Shown: positions 1 to 10,103 of the stretch, in pieces | Layout of the letters: every line of letters starts with the position of its first letter | How positions within the stretch are numbered: position 1 is the first letter of the stretch | DNA from: Alphaproteobacteria bacterium | Lineage (GTDB): Bacteria > Pseudomonadota > Alphaproteobacteria > Bin95 | Length of the DNA: 64,000 nucleotides | Assembly (NCBI GenBank): GCA_022827685.1 | Contig: JAJEIH010000047.1 | Location: 16,536-80,535 of the forward strand | Reading direction: 5' to 3' | The notes under the pieces: model-generated | What the model saw: only the letters and a program-made list of their open reading frames with translations | Databases searched by the model: none | What the model was told of the DNA's origin: nothing | Translations under genes and position numbers: made by a program

Positions 1-1206
1 ATCCGCCGGGACTTCCCGATCCTCGCGCGCGAGGTGTTCGGCAAGCCGCTGGTCTATCTGGACACGGGCGCGAGCGCCCAGAAGCCGCGCCAGGTCATCC
101 GCGCCATGACGCAAGTGATGGAGGAGACCTACTCCAACGTCCATCGCGGCGTGCATTTCCTCTCCCAGGCCTGCACGGACCAGTTCGAGGCGGCCCGGGA
201 GACGGTGGCGCGCTTCATCAATGCGCCGGAAGCCGACGAAATCGTCTGGACGCGCGGCGCCACGGAAGCCCTCAACCTCGTGGCCGCGACCTGGGGCCGG
301 GCGAATGTCGGGCCGGGCGACCGGATCGTCATTTCGACCCTGGAGCACCATTCCAACATCGTGCCCTGGCAATTGCTGCGCGACGAGACGGGGGCGGAGC
401 TTGCGGTCATTCCCGTGGACGATGCGGGCGAGGTCGATCTCGACGCCTATGCCGCGCTGCTGGACGACGGCCGGGCGAAGCTCGTCTCGGTCACCCATGT
501 CTCCAACTCCATCGGCACCGTGCTGCCGATCGGGCAGATGGCGCGGATGGCGCATGAGAAGGGCGCGCTGTTCATGGTGGACGGCTGCCAGGCCGCGCCG
601 CACATGCCGGTCGATGTGCAGGAGCTCGGCGTCGATTTCTACTGCTTCTCCGGGCACAAGACCTACGGGCCGACCGGCATCGGCGCGCTCTGGGGCCGGA
701 AGGCGCTGCTCGACGCCATGCCCCCCTACCAGGGCGGCGGCGAGATGATCGCGCATGTCACCTTCGAGAAGAGCACCTTCAAGGCCGCGCCGCACAAATT
801 CGAGGCCGGCACGCCCGCCATCGTCGAGGCGGTGGGGCTGGGCGCGGCGCTCGACTATATCGAGGCCGTCGGGCGCGACGCGATCCTGGCGCATGAGACG
901 GATGTCGCCGAATATGCCCGCGAGCGCCTTGCCGCCGTGCCGGGCGTGCGCATCGTCGGCCATGCGCGCGAGCGGGGCGCCATCGTCTCCTTCACCATGG
1001 ACCGGGCCCACCCCCACGACATCGGCACCATCATCGACCGGGCGGGCGTGGCGGTGCGCGCCGGCCATCACTGCGCCTTCCCCGTCATGGAGCGCTTCGA
1101 TGTCGGCGCGACGGCCAGGGCCTCCTTCGGGCTCTACAACATGAAGAGCGAGGTGGACCGGCTGGTCGAGGCGCTGGACGAGGTCGCGGAGATCTTCGGG
1201 CGATGA
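1..1206 (+). CDS. sufS: Cysteine desulfurase SufS, 5'-partial (true start lies upstream of the window)
   Basis: Translation shows class-V aminotransferase / SufS hallmarks (VYLDTGASAQKP, HHSNIVPW, FSGHKTYGPTGIGAL). The protein homology continues upstream of the first ATG at 34 (IRRDFPILAREV...). It is followed by further suf genes. Confidence 0.9.
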   Translation: MRRDFPILAREVFGKPLVYLDTGASAQKPRQVIRAMTQVMEETYSNVHRGVHFLSQACTDQFEAARETVARFINAPEADEIVWTRGATEALNLVAATWGRANVGPGDRIVISTLEHHSNIVPWQLLRDETGAELAVIPVDDAGEVDLDAYAALLDDGRAKLVSVTHVSNSIGTVLPIGQMARMAHEKGALFMVDGCQAAPHMPVDVQELGVDFYCFSGHKTYGPTGIGALWGRKALLDAMPPYQGGGEMIAHVTFEKSTFKAAPHKFEAGTPAIVEAVGLGAALDYIEAVGRDAILAHETDVAEYARERLAAVPGVRIVGHARERGAIVSFTMDRAHPHDIGTIIDRAGVAVRAGHHCAFPVMERFDVGATARASFGLYNMKSEVDRLVEALDEVAEIFGR

Positions 1207-1670
1207 ACGAGCTGCGCGAGCTTTACCAGGAGGTGATCCTCGACCACGGGCGCAATCCGCGCAATTTCCGCCGCATCGAGGACGCCGACGGCGAGGCGAA
1301 GGGCGACAACCCGCTCTGCGGCGACCGGGTGCATGTCTTCGTCAAGCTGAACGGGGCGGGCGGGCTCGGCGACGTGGCCTTCCAGGGACGCGGCTGCGCG
1401 ATCTCGACCGCGTCCGCCTCGATGATGACCGAGCTGCTGAAGGGGCGCAGCGAGGCGGAGGCCCGCCGGCTGTTCGACGTGTTCCACGCCGTCTGCACGG
1501 ACGAGGCGTTCGACCCGCTGGACGTGCCGGAGGAGTTCGGGGACGAGGCGGACAGGCTCCAGGTCATGGCGGGTGTGCGCCAGTTCCCGATGCGGGTAAA
1601 ATGCGCGACCTTGCCGTGGCATACTTTCGCGGCCGCGCTCGACGGCAAGGCGACGGCGACAACGGAATAG
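1203..1670 (+). CDS. SUF-system NifU/SufU-family Fe-S cluster scaffold-like protein
   Basis: 155 aa with the SufU/NifU-like motifs LCGDRVHVFVKL and GRGCAISTASASMM. The start overlaps the sufS stop as ATGA. Confidence 0.8.
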   Translation: MNELRELYQEVILDHGRNPRNFRRIEDADGEAKGDNPLCGDRVHVFVKLNGAGGLGDVAFQGRGCAISTASASMMTELLKGRSEAEARRLFDVFHAVCTDEAFDPLDVPEEFGDEADRLQVMAGVRQFPMRVKCATLPWHTFAAALDGKATATTE

Positions 1671-1691
1671 GCGGGGACGGGACGGAGAACG

Positions 1692-2090
1692 ATGGAAGGG
1701 ACGATGCCCTTCGAGCAGTGGATGGGCGGCGAGCCGCTGCAGGAGTTCCGCGCCGAGGCGGGAGCGCCGCTGGAGCCGGGCTCGCCGATTGCGCCGCATG
1801 CGAACCTGATCGCGGCGCTCAAGACCGTGTACGACCCCGAGATTCCGGTGGACATTTACGAACTCGGCCTCATTTACGATCTTGAGCAGGCTGAGGACGG
1901 CTCGGTGCGCGTCGAGATGAGCCTGACCGCGCCCGGCTGCCCGGTCGCCGGCGAGATGCCGGGCATGGTGGCCGAGGCCGTGGCGGGCGTGCAGGGCGTC
2001 GGCGAGGTCGAGGTCCGGCTGGTGTGGGAGCCGGCCTGGACGATGGAGCGCATGAGCGAGGAGGCCCGCCTCGCGCTCGACATGTGGTGA
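1692..2090 (+). CDS. DUF59/SufT-like Fe-S assembly protein (MIP18 family)
   Basis: 132 aa with a typical DUF59 core (LKTVYDPEIPVDIYELGLIY, LTAPGCPVAGEM). It sits in the suf operon position. Confidence 0.8.
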   Translation: MEGTMPFEQWMGGEPLQEFRAEAGAPLEPGSPIAPHANLIAALKTVYDPEIPVDIYELGLIYDLEQAEDGSVRVEMSLTAPGCPVAGEMPGMVAEAVAGVQGVGEVEVRLVWEPAWTMERMSEEARLALDMW

Positions 2091-2106
2091 GGACAAGGAG
2101 GCCGAC

Positions 2107-2442
2107 ATGCCAGAGCCGATGATCCGGATGACGGACGCCGCCGCCGAGCGGGTGCGCCACCTCATGTCGCTGTCGGAAGAGCCGGCGGTCGGCCTGCGCG
2201 TCGGCGTGCGCACGCGCGGCTGCTCCGGCCTCTCCTACTCCGTCGAATACGCCAGGGAGCGCAAGCCCTATGAGGAGGCCATCGAGTCGAACGGCGTGAC
2301 CGTGCTGATCGACCCGACCGCGGTCATGTTCCTCATCGGCTCGGTGATGGACTACCGCGAAGGCATCTTCGAATCCGGCTTCACCTTCGAGAACCCCAAC
2401 GCCAAGGGCACCTGCGGCTGCGGCGAAAGCTTCCATGTGTGA
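2107..2442 (+). CDS. sufA: Fe-S cluster insertion protein, HesB/IscA/SufA family
   Basis: 111 aa with the A-type carrier signature, including C-terminal CGCGESF and an internal RGCSGLSYS. Confidence 0.85.
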   Translation: MPEPMIRMTDAAAERVRHLMSLSEEPAVGLRVGVRTRGCSGLSYSVEYARERKPYEEAIESNGVTVLIDPTAVMFLIGSVMDYREGIFESGFTFENPNAKGTCGCGESFHV

Positions 2443-2534
2443 GGGCGGCTGACGGCTTGCCGCCGGGGCTTGAACCGGGCGGGCGCAGCGCCGATATTGG
2501 CGACTGGTACCGACAACGCTAACGGAGACCGCAA

Positions 2535-3296
2535 ATGGCCTTCGACAATCTGAGGACGACGGCGCGCGCCGCCGGCCGCAGCACGACCCGCACCGCGGAG
2601 CTCGATGCCGGCCTGCGCAAGCACATGCTCGGCATCTACAACTACATGGCCTCGGGCGTGCTGCTCACGGGCATCGTCGCCTATCTGGTGTTCACCATGG
2701 CGGTGGCGCAGACGCCCGGCGGCCAGATGGCGCTGACGACCTTCGGGCAGGCGATCTACCTCTCGCCGCTCAAATGGGTGCTGATGCTCTCGCCGCTCGC
2801 CTTCATCCTCGTGCTGAGCTTCGGCGTCCACCGCCTGAGCACGCCCGCGACGCAGGGGCTGTTCTGGGTGTTCTGCGCGCTCATGGGCGCGAGCATCAGT
2901 TCGATCTTCCTGCAATATACCGGCACCAGCATAGCGCGCGTGTTCTTCATCACCGCGGCCGCCTTCGCCGGCCTCAGCCTCTACGGCTACACCACGAAGC
3001 GCGACCTCTCCGGCATGCGCTCCTTCCTGGTGATGGGGCTGATCGGCGTCATCATCGCCTCGCTGGTCAACCTGTTCCTCGCCTCGAGCGCGCTCCACTT
3101 CGCCGTGTCGGTGATCGGCGTTCTGGTGTTCGCGGGCTTCACCGCCTACGACACCCAGCGCATCAAGAGCGAGTACTATCACGGCTACGACGCCGCCGTG
3201 ATGGCGAAGAAATCGGTGATGGACGCGCTGATGCTCTATCTGAGCTTCATCAACATGTTCCTGCTGCTGCTGAGCCTGTTCGGCAACAGGGAATAG
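2535..3296 (+). CDS. Bax inhibitor-1/YccA family membrane protein
   Basis: 253 aa multi-pass membrane protein. The N-terminal pattern (LRKHMLGIYNYMASGVLLTGIVAY) matches the BI-1/YccA family. Confidence 0.85.
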   Translation: MAFDNLRTTARAAGRSTTRTAELDAGLRKHMLGIYNYMASGVLLTGIVAYLVFTMAVAQTPGGQMALTTFGQAIYLSPLKWVLMLSPLAFILVLSFGVHRLSTPATQGLFWVFCALMGASISSIFLQYTGTSIARVFFITAAAFAGLSLYGYTTKRDLSGMRSFLVMGLIGVIIASLVNLFLASSALHFAVSVIGVLVFAGFTAYDTQRIKSEYYHGYDAAVMAKKSVMDALMLYLSFINMFLLLLSLFGNRE

Positions 3297-3297
3297 G

Positions 3298-3606
3298 TCA
3301 GAGGCCGACCCTCACCCTCCCGCCATCGTCGATCACCGGGCGCTTCACCAGGGCCGGATGCGCGAGCATCAGGCGCCTGGCCCGGCCGGCGCCGAGCCCC
3401 GCCTTTTCGGCCTCGTCGAGCGCCCGCCAGGTGGTGCTGCGCCGGTTGAGCAGCGCCTCCCAGCCGAGCGCGCCGATCCAGCGGTCCAGCATCGCGCCGT
3501 CCAGCCCGTCCTCGCGCAGGTCGTGGAAGCGGTGCTCGCGGCCGGCCAGCGCCTTCCGCGCCTTGCGGCAGGCATCGCAACTCTTCAGTCCATAGACGGT
3601 CAGCAT
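3298..3606 (-). CDS. ArsC/Spx/YffB-family (arsenate-reductase-like) protein
   Basis: The C-terminal 102 aa of a long minus-strand ORF begin MLTVYGLKSCDACRKARKAL, a typical ArsC-family N-terminus. The rest of the 414-aa ORF is antisense to the hydrolase and rejected. Confidence 0.7.
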   Translation of the reverse strand: MLTVYGLKSCDACRKARKALAGREHRFHDLREDGLDGAMLDRWIGALGWEALLNRRSTTWRALDEAEKAGLGAGRARRLMLAHPALVKRPVIDDGGRVRVGL

Positions 3607-3708
3607 GGGCGCGCGTTCCTCCGGTCGGCGGGTCCGGTATAGTCGCATGACGGCGTTCCGGAGGGGAAGCGCCGCCGGCCGTCCGCCACATTTCCGGGGA
3701 GCCCGCCC

Positions 3709-4590
3709 ATGCAGGGTCCTGAGAGTCATTCCTATTTCTCGCAGCGCCTGCGCCTGCACTATGTCGACTGGGGCAATCCCGACGCGCCGCCGCTGCTGCT
3801 GATCCACGGCGGGCGGGACCACTGCCGCAACTGGGACTGGGTCGCCGAGGCGCTCCGGGACGATTACCGCATCGTCGCCCCGGACCTGCGCGGCCACGGC
3901 GACAGCGCCTGGTTCGTCGGCGGCGCCTACGCGATGGCGGACTATGTCTATGACATCGCGCAGCTCGTCCACCAGAAGCGGCTCGCCCCGGTCACGGTCA
4001 TCGGCCACTCGCTCGGCGGCTCCATCGCGCTCCACTATGCCGGCGTCTATCCGGAGACGGTGAAGGCGCTTGTCGCCATCGAGGGGCTCGGGGCCTCGCC
4101 CGCGCAGATCGAGGCGCGCAGGGCCCGGTCCATCGACGACCGGCTCAGGGAGTGGATCGACACCCAGCGCGGCCTTTCCGGCCGGCTGCCGCGCCGCTAC
4201 GACTCGCTGGAGGACGCGTACCGGCGAATGCAGGAGGCCAATCCCCGCCTGACGGAAGCCCAGGCCCGCCACCTCACCGTCCACGGCGCCAACCAGAACG
4301 AGGACGGCACCTACAGCTGGAAGTTCGACAATTACAGCCGCGCCGACCGCCCGGTCGGCATCTATCCGGAGGAGAGCTTCCGGCTCTGGTCGCGGATCAC
4401 CTGCCCGACGCTGCTGGTGCGCGGCCTCGAAAGCTGGGTCGGCGACCCGGAGGCGGACGGCCGCGCCGCCCATTTCCAGAGTGCCCGCTTCGTCGATGTC
4501 GCGGGCGCCGGCCACTGGGTGCATCACGACCGGCTGGAGCATTTCCTCGGCCTCGTGCGCGGCTTTCTCGCGGAGGCGGAGGCTGGCTAG
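3709..4590 (+). CDS. Alpha/beta-fold hydrolase
   Basis: 293 aa with LLLIHGGRDH and the nucleophile elbow GHSLGG. Confidence 0.85.
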   Translation: MQGPESHSYFSQRLRLHYVDWGNPDAPPLLLIHGGRDHCRNWDWVAEALRDDYRIVAPDLRGHGDSAWFVGGAYAMADYVYDIAQLVHQKRLAPVTVIGHSLGGSIALHYAGVYPETVKALVAIEGLGASPAQIEARRARSIDDRLREWIDTQRGLSGRLPRRYDSLEDAYRRMQEANPRLTEAQARHLTVHGANQNEDGTYSWKFDNYSRADRPVGIYPEESFRLWSRITCPTLLVRGLESWVGDPEADGRAAHFQSARFVDVAGAGHWVHHDRLEHFLGLVRGFLAEAEAG

Positions 4591-4614
4591 GGAATCGTGC
4601 TATAGCCTGACCGC

Positions 4615-6804
4615 ATGGACGACGCCCTGCCCGCCGCGCCTGCCGCCGACGCCCCCTGGCTCGCCGGGCTGAACCCCCCGCAGCGCGAGGCGGTCGAAAC
4701 GCTGGAGGGGCCGCTGCTGGTGCTCTCCGGCGCGGGCACCGGCAAGACGCGGGTGCTGACCGCGAGGCTCGCGCTGCTGCTGGCCATGAAGCGCGCCTGG
4801 CCCAGCCAGATCCTGGCGGTCACCTTCACCAACCGGGCGGCGAACGAAATGCGCGAGCGGGTGGAGGCGCTGATCGGCGAGATGAGCGCCGGCCTCTGGC
4901 TCGGCACCTTCCACGCGCTCGGCCTGCGCATATTGCGCCGCCATCCCGAGCTCGTGGGCCTCAGGCCCTCCTTCTCGATCCTGGACCCGGACGACCAGGA
5001 GCGTCTTCTGAAACAGGTGCTGGCGGACGCGAATGTGGATGCCAAGCACTGGCCGGCGCGCCAGCTTTCGACCGTCGTCCAGCGCTGGAAGGACAAGGGG
5101 TGGCGCCCGGACCAGGTGCCGGCCCACGAGGCGGGCAGCTTCGCCAACGGCCGCGCGCCCGCGCTTTACGAGGCCTATCAGGAGCGGCTTGCCGACCTCA
5201 ACGCCGTCGATTTCGGCGACCTGCTGCTCCACAACCTGACCATCTTCCAGCGCGATGCGGAGGTGCTGGCGCAATACCAGGAGCGGTTCCGCTACATCCT
5301 CGTGGACGAATACCAGGACACCAATATCGCCCAGTATCTCTGGCTCCGCCTGCTCGCCCAGCGCCGGCGCAACATCTGCTGCGTCGGCGACGACGACCAG
5401 TCGATCTACGGATGGCGCGGGGCGGAGGTCGGCAACATCCTGCGCTTCGAGAACGATTTCGACGGCGCCAGGATCGTCCGGCTGGAGCAGAACTATCGCT
5501 CGACCGGCGACATTCTGGGCGCCGCCTCGGGGCTGATCGCCAACAATCGCGGCCGCCTCGGCAAGACGCTCTGGACAGACCGCGAGGACTCCCGCCCGAT
5601 TACCGTCCACACCGTTCCCGACGGGGAGGCGGAGGCGCGGCTTGCCGGCGCGGAAATCGAGACGCTGCAGCGCGCCGGGACCGGCCTCGGACAGATGGCG
5701 GTTCTCGTGCGAGCCTCATTCCAGATGCGCGCCTTCGAGGAGCGGTTCGTCGCGCTCGGGCTGAATTACCGGGTCATCGGCGGCCCGCGCTTCTACGAGC
5801 GCCGCGAGGTGAGGGACGCCATCGCCTATCTGCGCGCCGTCCTCTTCCCCGAGGACGATCTTGCCTTCGAGCGGATCGTCAACCTGCCGAAACGCGGCAT
5901 TGGCGACGCCACCCTGCAACCGGTGCATCGCCTCGCCCGCGCCGAGCGGATCCCGCTCGGCCAGGCGGCGCGCCGTCTGGTCGAGACGGAGGAATTGAAG
6001 GCCCGGGCCCGCAACGCGCTCGCCGGCTTCTGCCGCGCCATCGACGGCTGGCGCGCCCGGCTCGGCAGCGAGCCGCACGCAGACCTTGCCGACGCGATTC
6101 TCGAGGAGAGCGGCTACCGCGAGATGTGGCGGAAGGACAAGGGCCTCGACGCCCCCGGCCGGCTGGAGAATCTGGGCGAACTCGTGCAGCAGATCGCCCG
6201 GTTCGACACCCTCGAAGAGTTTCTGGAGCATGTCGCCCTGGTGATGGAGGCCGAAGGCGGCAGCGAAGCGGAAAGCGTCTCCCTGATGACGCTCCACGGC
6301 GCCAAGGGGCTCGAATTCGACATCGTGTTCCTGCCGGGCTGGGAGGAGGGCCTGTTCCCCCACCAGCGCGCGCTCGCCGAGAACGGGCTTGCCGGCCTGG
6401 AGGAGGAACGCCGCCTCGCCTATGTCGGCATCACCCGCGCGCGCCGGCATGTCACGATCTCCTCCGCCATGACCCGCATGGTCATGGGTCGGTGGCTCAG
6501 CCCGCTCCCGTCCCGATTCATCGACGAGCTGCCCGATGAGCATGTGGAGCGGCAGTCGGAGAATGCGTTCGGCGAGGCCCCCGCCTGGCGCTACGGCGCG
6601 GGCGTCGGGCGCGTGATCGACGCCGCGGCATGGGAGGTGAAACCGCGCGCGCCCCGCACCGGCCAATTCGAGATCGGCCAGCGCGTCTTTCATCAGAAGT
6701 TCGGCTATGGAGCCGTGCGGGCCGTCGACCGGGAGAAACTCACCGTCGCCTTCGAGACCTCCGGCGACAAGACCCTGATCGAGAGCTTCGTCGAGCCCGC
6801 CTGA
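4615..6804 (+). CDS. uvrD: UvrD/Rep-family ATP-dependent DNA helicase (likely UvrD)
   Basis: 729 aa carrying Walker A (GAGTGKT) and the helicase motifs DEYQDTN, VGDDDQSIYGWRGA and TLHGAKGLEFD. Confidence 0.85.
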   Translation: MDDALPAAPAADAPWLAGLNPPQREAVETLEGPLLVLSGAGTGKTRVLTARLALLLAMKRAWPSQILAVTFTNRAANEMRERVEALIGEMSAGLWLGTFHALGLRILRRHPELVGLRPSFSILDPDDQERLLKQVLADANVDAKHWPARQLSTVVQRWKDKGWRPDQVPAHEAGSFANGRAPALYEAYQERLADLNAVDFGDLLLHNLTIFQRDAEVLAQYQERFRYILVDEYQDTNIAQYLWLRLLAQRRRNICCVGDDDQSIYGWRGAEVGNILRFENDFDGARIVRLEQNYRSTGDILGAASGLIANNRGRLGKTLWTDREDSRPITVHTVPDGEAEARLAGAEIETLQRAGTGLGQMAVLVRASFQMRAFEERFVALGLNYRVIGGPRFYERREVRDAIAYLRAVLFPEDDLAFERIVNLPKRGIGDATLQPVHRLARAERIPLGQAARRLVETEELKARARNALAGFCRAIDGWRARLGSEPHADLADAILEESGYREMWRKDKGLDAPGRLENLGELVQQIARFDTLEEFLEHVALVMEAEGGSEAESVSLMTLHGAKGLEFDIVFLPGWEEGLFPHQRALAENGLAGLEEERRLAYVGITRARRHVTISSAMTRMVMGRWLSPLPSRFIDELPDEHVERQSENAFGEAPAWRYGAGVGRVIDAAAWEVKPRAPRTGQFEIGQRVFHQKFGYGAVRAVDREKLTVAFETSGDKTLIESFVEPA

Positions 6805-6822
6805 GCGAGGACAACACCGCCC

Positions 6823-7608
6823 ATGACCCAATCGCCCGTTCTGGAGCGCCGCGAAGGCGCGGTCGCCGTGGTGACCCTGAACCGCCCGGAGGCGCTGAAT
6901 GCGCTCAACATCGAAATGCGGGACCTGCTGCCGCGCGTCCTGAACGGGCTGAACGGCGACGGGGCGGTGCGCGCGGTCGTGCTGACCGGGGCGGGCGAGC
7001 GCGCCTTCTCGGCGGGCCAGGACCTGAACGACTCGGCAAGTTTCGACGAGAAGACCGTGCAGGAGCATTTCCTGCATCTGGGCGCGCTCTACCAGTCCGT
7101 GCGCGCGCTGGAGAAGCCGGTCGTCGTGGCGCTGAACGGGCTCGCCGCCGGTTTCGGCCTGCAGACCGCACTCCACGCCGATATCCGCATCGCCCATCCG
7201 GGCGTGCGCATGGGCCAGCCCGAGGTGCGTGCCGGTATTCCGAGCACGGTCGGCCCGTTCATCATCGAGCGCGTCGTCGGCCATGCCCGCGCGGTGGAGC
7301 TTTCGCTCACCGGGCGGCTGGTGGATGCCGAAACCTGCCTCGCCTGGGGCATGGTCAACGAGATCGTGCCGCCGGAGCGCGTGATGCCCCGCGCGATGGA
7401 GTTCGCCGGGGAGCTGGCGGCGCTGCCGCCGCTCGCCGTCCGGCTGACCAAGCGCCGCCTGCTGGAGCGCACGCAGACCGAGTATGACGAGACCGTGCAG
7501 GCCGCGATGCGCTACCAGCATGCCGCCTACAGCGACGGCGAACCGCAGCGCGTCGCGGCCGCCTTCTTCGAGGAACGGGCGGCGCGGCGCAAAAGGGAGA
7601 CGGCGTGA
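6823..7608 (+). CDS. Enoyl-CoA hydratase/isomerase family protein
   Basis: 261 aa crotonase fold (VVTLNRPEALNAL, ALNGLAAGFG). Confidence 0.85.
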   Translation: MTQSPVLERREGAVAVVTLNRPEALNALNIEMRDLLPRVLNGLNGDGAVRAVVLTGAGERAFSAGQDLNDSASFDEKTVQEHFLHLGALYQSVRALEKPVVVALNGLAAGFGLQTALHADIRIAHPGVRMGQPEVRAGIPSTVGPFIIERVVGHARAVELSLTGRLVDAETCLAWGMVNEIVPPERVMPRAMEFAGELAALPPLAVRLTKRRLLERTQTEYDETVQAAMRYQHAAYSDGEPQRVAAAFFEERAARRKRETA

Positions 7609-8423
7609 TGGCGACGGGCCGGATCGGAACGGTCGAGCGGGACGGGGCGCAAACCGTCTATGAGGTCCACGGCGATGCGGACGCGCCGGCGCTCCTCTTC
7701 GGCCATGCGCAAATCCTCTCGCGCGCCCAGTATGCGCCGCAGGTCGAGGCGTTCGCGGGCCGCTATCGCGTGATCGCGCTGGATTTCCGGGGCCACGGCG
7801 AGAGCCCCGTCAGCCCCGCATCCTATGCGATGGAGGACCTTGCGCTCGATGTCGTCGCCCTGCTGGACGCGGAGGGCATCGACCGGGCGCACTACCTCGG
7901 CTCCTCGCTTGGCGGCATGGTCGGCTTCGCGCTCGCGCTGGAGCACGCCCCGCGTCTTGCCAGCGTCACCTTCCTCGCGACCCAGGGCGTGCTCCCCGCC
8001 GCCAACAGCGAACGGCTCCGGCGGACGGCCGCCCGCCTGGCCGCGCTCGGGGACAATATGGCGCCGGCCGCCGAGGAGATCATGGCCCGCTACACGACCG
8101 AGGCGTGGCGCCGGGAAAATCCGGCGAGCCATGCCCGCCTGATAGAGATTGCCTCCGCCAACCCGCTTGCGGGCTATGTGCATTCGGGCGAGGCGATCGG
8201 CGGCATGGATTACGATGGACGGCTCGGCGGGATCGACACGCCCGCGCTGGTCATCGCCGGAGAGCACGATGTGCCGACGCCGCCGGACCGGATGGCGCTC
8301 TACCGGGACGAAATCCGGGGCGCGGAAATGGCGGTGATCGAGGGCGCCGGCCACTTCCCCAACTGGGACCGGGCCGGGGCGTTCAACCGCGTCTATGGGG
8401 AGTTCGTCGCCCGCGCCGGGTGA
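7605..8423 (+). CDS. Alpha/beta hydrolase (3-oxoadipate enol-lactonase-like)
   Basis: 272 aa with HG...GHG and GSSLGG. Its start overlaps the hydratase stop by 4 nt, suggesting an operon. Confidence 0.8.
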   Translation: MMATGRIGTVERDGAQTVYEVHGDADAPALLFGHAQILSRAQYAPQVEAFAGRYRVIALDFRGHGESPVSPASYAMEDLALDVVALLDAEGIDRAHYLGSSLGGMVGFALALEHAPRLASVTFLATQGVLPAANSERLRRTAARLAALGDNMAPAAEEIMARYTTEAWRRENPASHARLIEIASANPLAGYVHSGEAIGGMDYDGRLGGIDTPALVIAGEHDVPTPPDRMALYRDEIRGAEMAVIEGAGHFPNWDRAGAFNRVYGEFVARAG

Positions 8424-8585
8424 CGGCCGGTGGACTCCTTTCGCGCGGCTTGCTAGAGCGTTTCGCCATGGACGGAACCGTTCCTGTCTCCTTCATTGCC
8501 GGCTGCGGCGCCTTGCCGTCCTGCGCGACCGGGCATTATGCCAAGGCGCTCAATGCACGACTCATGTTGAGGGCACTCGGCTTTC

Positions 8586-8717
8586 TCCCCTCCCGCTCGG
8601 CGGGAGGGGTAGGGGGAGGGCCTCTCGGCGCGACGGGTCTTTGCCGGGCTTCGCCCGCCGCTTCCGCTGGCGCGGAAGCAGGCCCCCACCCGGCCTCCCC
8701 CGCAAGCGGGGGAGGAG
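8586..8717. repeat. REP/RIME-like intergenic mosaic element, copy 1 (stacked GC-rich hairpins)
   Basis: About 130 bp made of consecutive palindromes (cccctcccgctcggcgggagggg; gccgcttccgc...gcggaagc; cctcccccgcaagcgggggagg). It is about 85% identical to a second copy at 10633-10764 in the same orientation. Confidence 0.6.
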
Positions 8718-8778
8718 AGTCCCGGAGGCAGTCGCCATCGGTTCCGATCAACGACCGTTGGCATTAGGCGCCGGGTCC

Positions 8779-9768
8779 ATGCCCACCGCGCCGAAACCGC
8801 TCGTCATCGTCACGCGCAAGCTCCCCGACGCGGTGGAAACGCGCATGATGGAGCTGTTCCGCACCGAGCTGAACGACGGCGACCGGCAATGGGACCGCGC
8901 CGAACTGCTCGAGGCCATGGGCCGGGCGGACGTGCTGGTGCCGACCGTGACCGACCGCATCGACGCGGAGTGCCTGGAGGCCGCCGGCCCCGGGCTCAAG
9001 CTGCTGGCGAGCTTCGGCGCGGGCGTGGACCATATCGACCTCGCGGCCGCGCATGAGCGGGGCATCATGGTCACCAACACGCCGGGCGTGCTGACGGGCG
9101 ACACGGCGGACATGACCATGGCCCTCATCCTCTCGGTCTCGCGCCGGCTCATCGAGGGCGAGCGCCTTGTGCGGACCGGGGGATGGCTCGGCTGGGCGCC
9201 GACGGCGCTGCTCGGCCACCGGATTTACGGCAAGCGGCTCGGCATTGTCGGCATGGGCCGGATCGGGGCGGCGGTGGCCCGGCGCGCGCGCGGCTTCGGC
9301 ATTTCGATCCACTACCACAACCGCCGGCGCACCGACCCCGACATCGAGGCCGAGCTGGAGGCGACCTACTGGGAGAGCCTCGACCAGATGCTGGCGCGCA
9401 TGGACATCGTGTCGATCAACTGCCCGCACACGCCTGCGACCTACCATCTGCTGTCGCGCCGCCGCCTCGCGCTGATGAAGCCGCATGCCTATATCGTCAA
9501 CACCTCGCGCGGCGAGGTGATCGACGAGCCGGCGCTTCTGGAAGCCCTGCTCGCCGGCAGGCTCGCCGGCGCGGCGCTCGACGTGTTCGAGCGCGAGCCG
9601 GCCATCGACCCGAAGCTGCGCGAGCTCGACAATGTGGTGCTGCTGCCGCATATGGGCTCGGCCACCCTGGAAGGCCGGCTGGAAATGGGCGAGCGGGTGA
9701 TCGTCAACATCAGGGCCTTCACGGACGGCCACCGCCCGCCGGACCGGGTTCTCGAACAGTTCTTCTGA
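8779..9768 (+). CDS. D-isomer-specific 2-hydroxyacid dehydrogenase (glyoxylate/hydroxypyruvate reductase-like)
   Basis: 329 aa from the ATG at 8779 (MPTAPKPLVIVTRKLP...). It has the NAD-binding GIVGMGRIG and catalytic-region motifs. The longer upstream ORF extension runs through the REP element and is rejected. Confidence 0.85.
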   Translation: MPTAPKPLVIVTRKLPDAVETRMMELFRTELNDGDRQWDRAELLEAMGRADVLVPTVTDRIDAECLEAAGPGLKLLASFGAGVDHIDLAAAHERGIMVTNTPGVLTGDTADMTMALILSVSRRLIEGERLVRTGGWLGWAPTALLGHRIYGKRLGIVGMGRIGAAVARRARGFGISIHYHNRRRTDPDIEAELEATYWESLDQMLARMDIVSINCPHTPATYHLLSRRRLALMKPHAYIVNTSRGEVIDEPALLEALLAGRLAGAALDVFEREPAIDPKLRELDNVVLLPHMGSATLEGRLEMGERVIVNIRAFTDGHRPPDRVLEQFF

Positions 9769-10103
9769 GAGGACATGGCTCCACTACGGACAGGCCCGCC
9801 GCAGCCGGCCGGGGCCGCACCTGCTTCCTCACCCTCGACATGCGGTTCCAGGAGAAGCGCCGCCGCCGTCCCCGGCAGCCCCCCGGGCCGGACTTACCGG
9901 ATTCGCACATCTCCAGCGTCGGGTTTGCATCGCGCGGCCCACAACCGTCGCCCCGGCCCCCGAGCCGGGGTGACGAAAAGGGGGGCGGAATGGGCAGTAG
10001 CCGGGCCAGCGGCGCGCCGGATACAGGTCGGGAGAGAAGCCGGCTTCTTTCGTGAATTATGAAAAATTTCTAGATTTTTCAAATTTTGTTCGTGTTTTGG
10101 GCT

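Noticed and set aside
3607-4542. N-terminal 310 aa of the 414-aa minus-strand ORF 3298..4542
   Set aside because: It is antisense to a well-supported alpha/beta hydrolase gene. Only the last 102 codons (ArsC-like) have a recognisable family. The rest is a typical high-GC antisense open frame.
8105-8767. ORFs reading through the REP elements (8105..8767, 10205..10810 and 8453..8764 minus)
   Set aside because: Their translations (PSRSAGGVGGGPLGATGLCRASP...) are produced by the palindromic repeat itself in two places. This is a repeat artefact, not a protein family.
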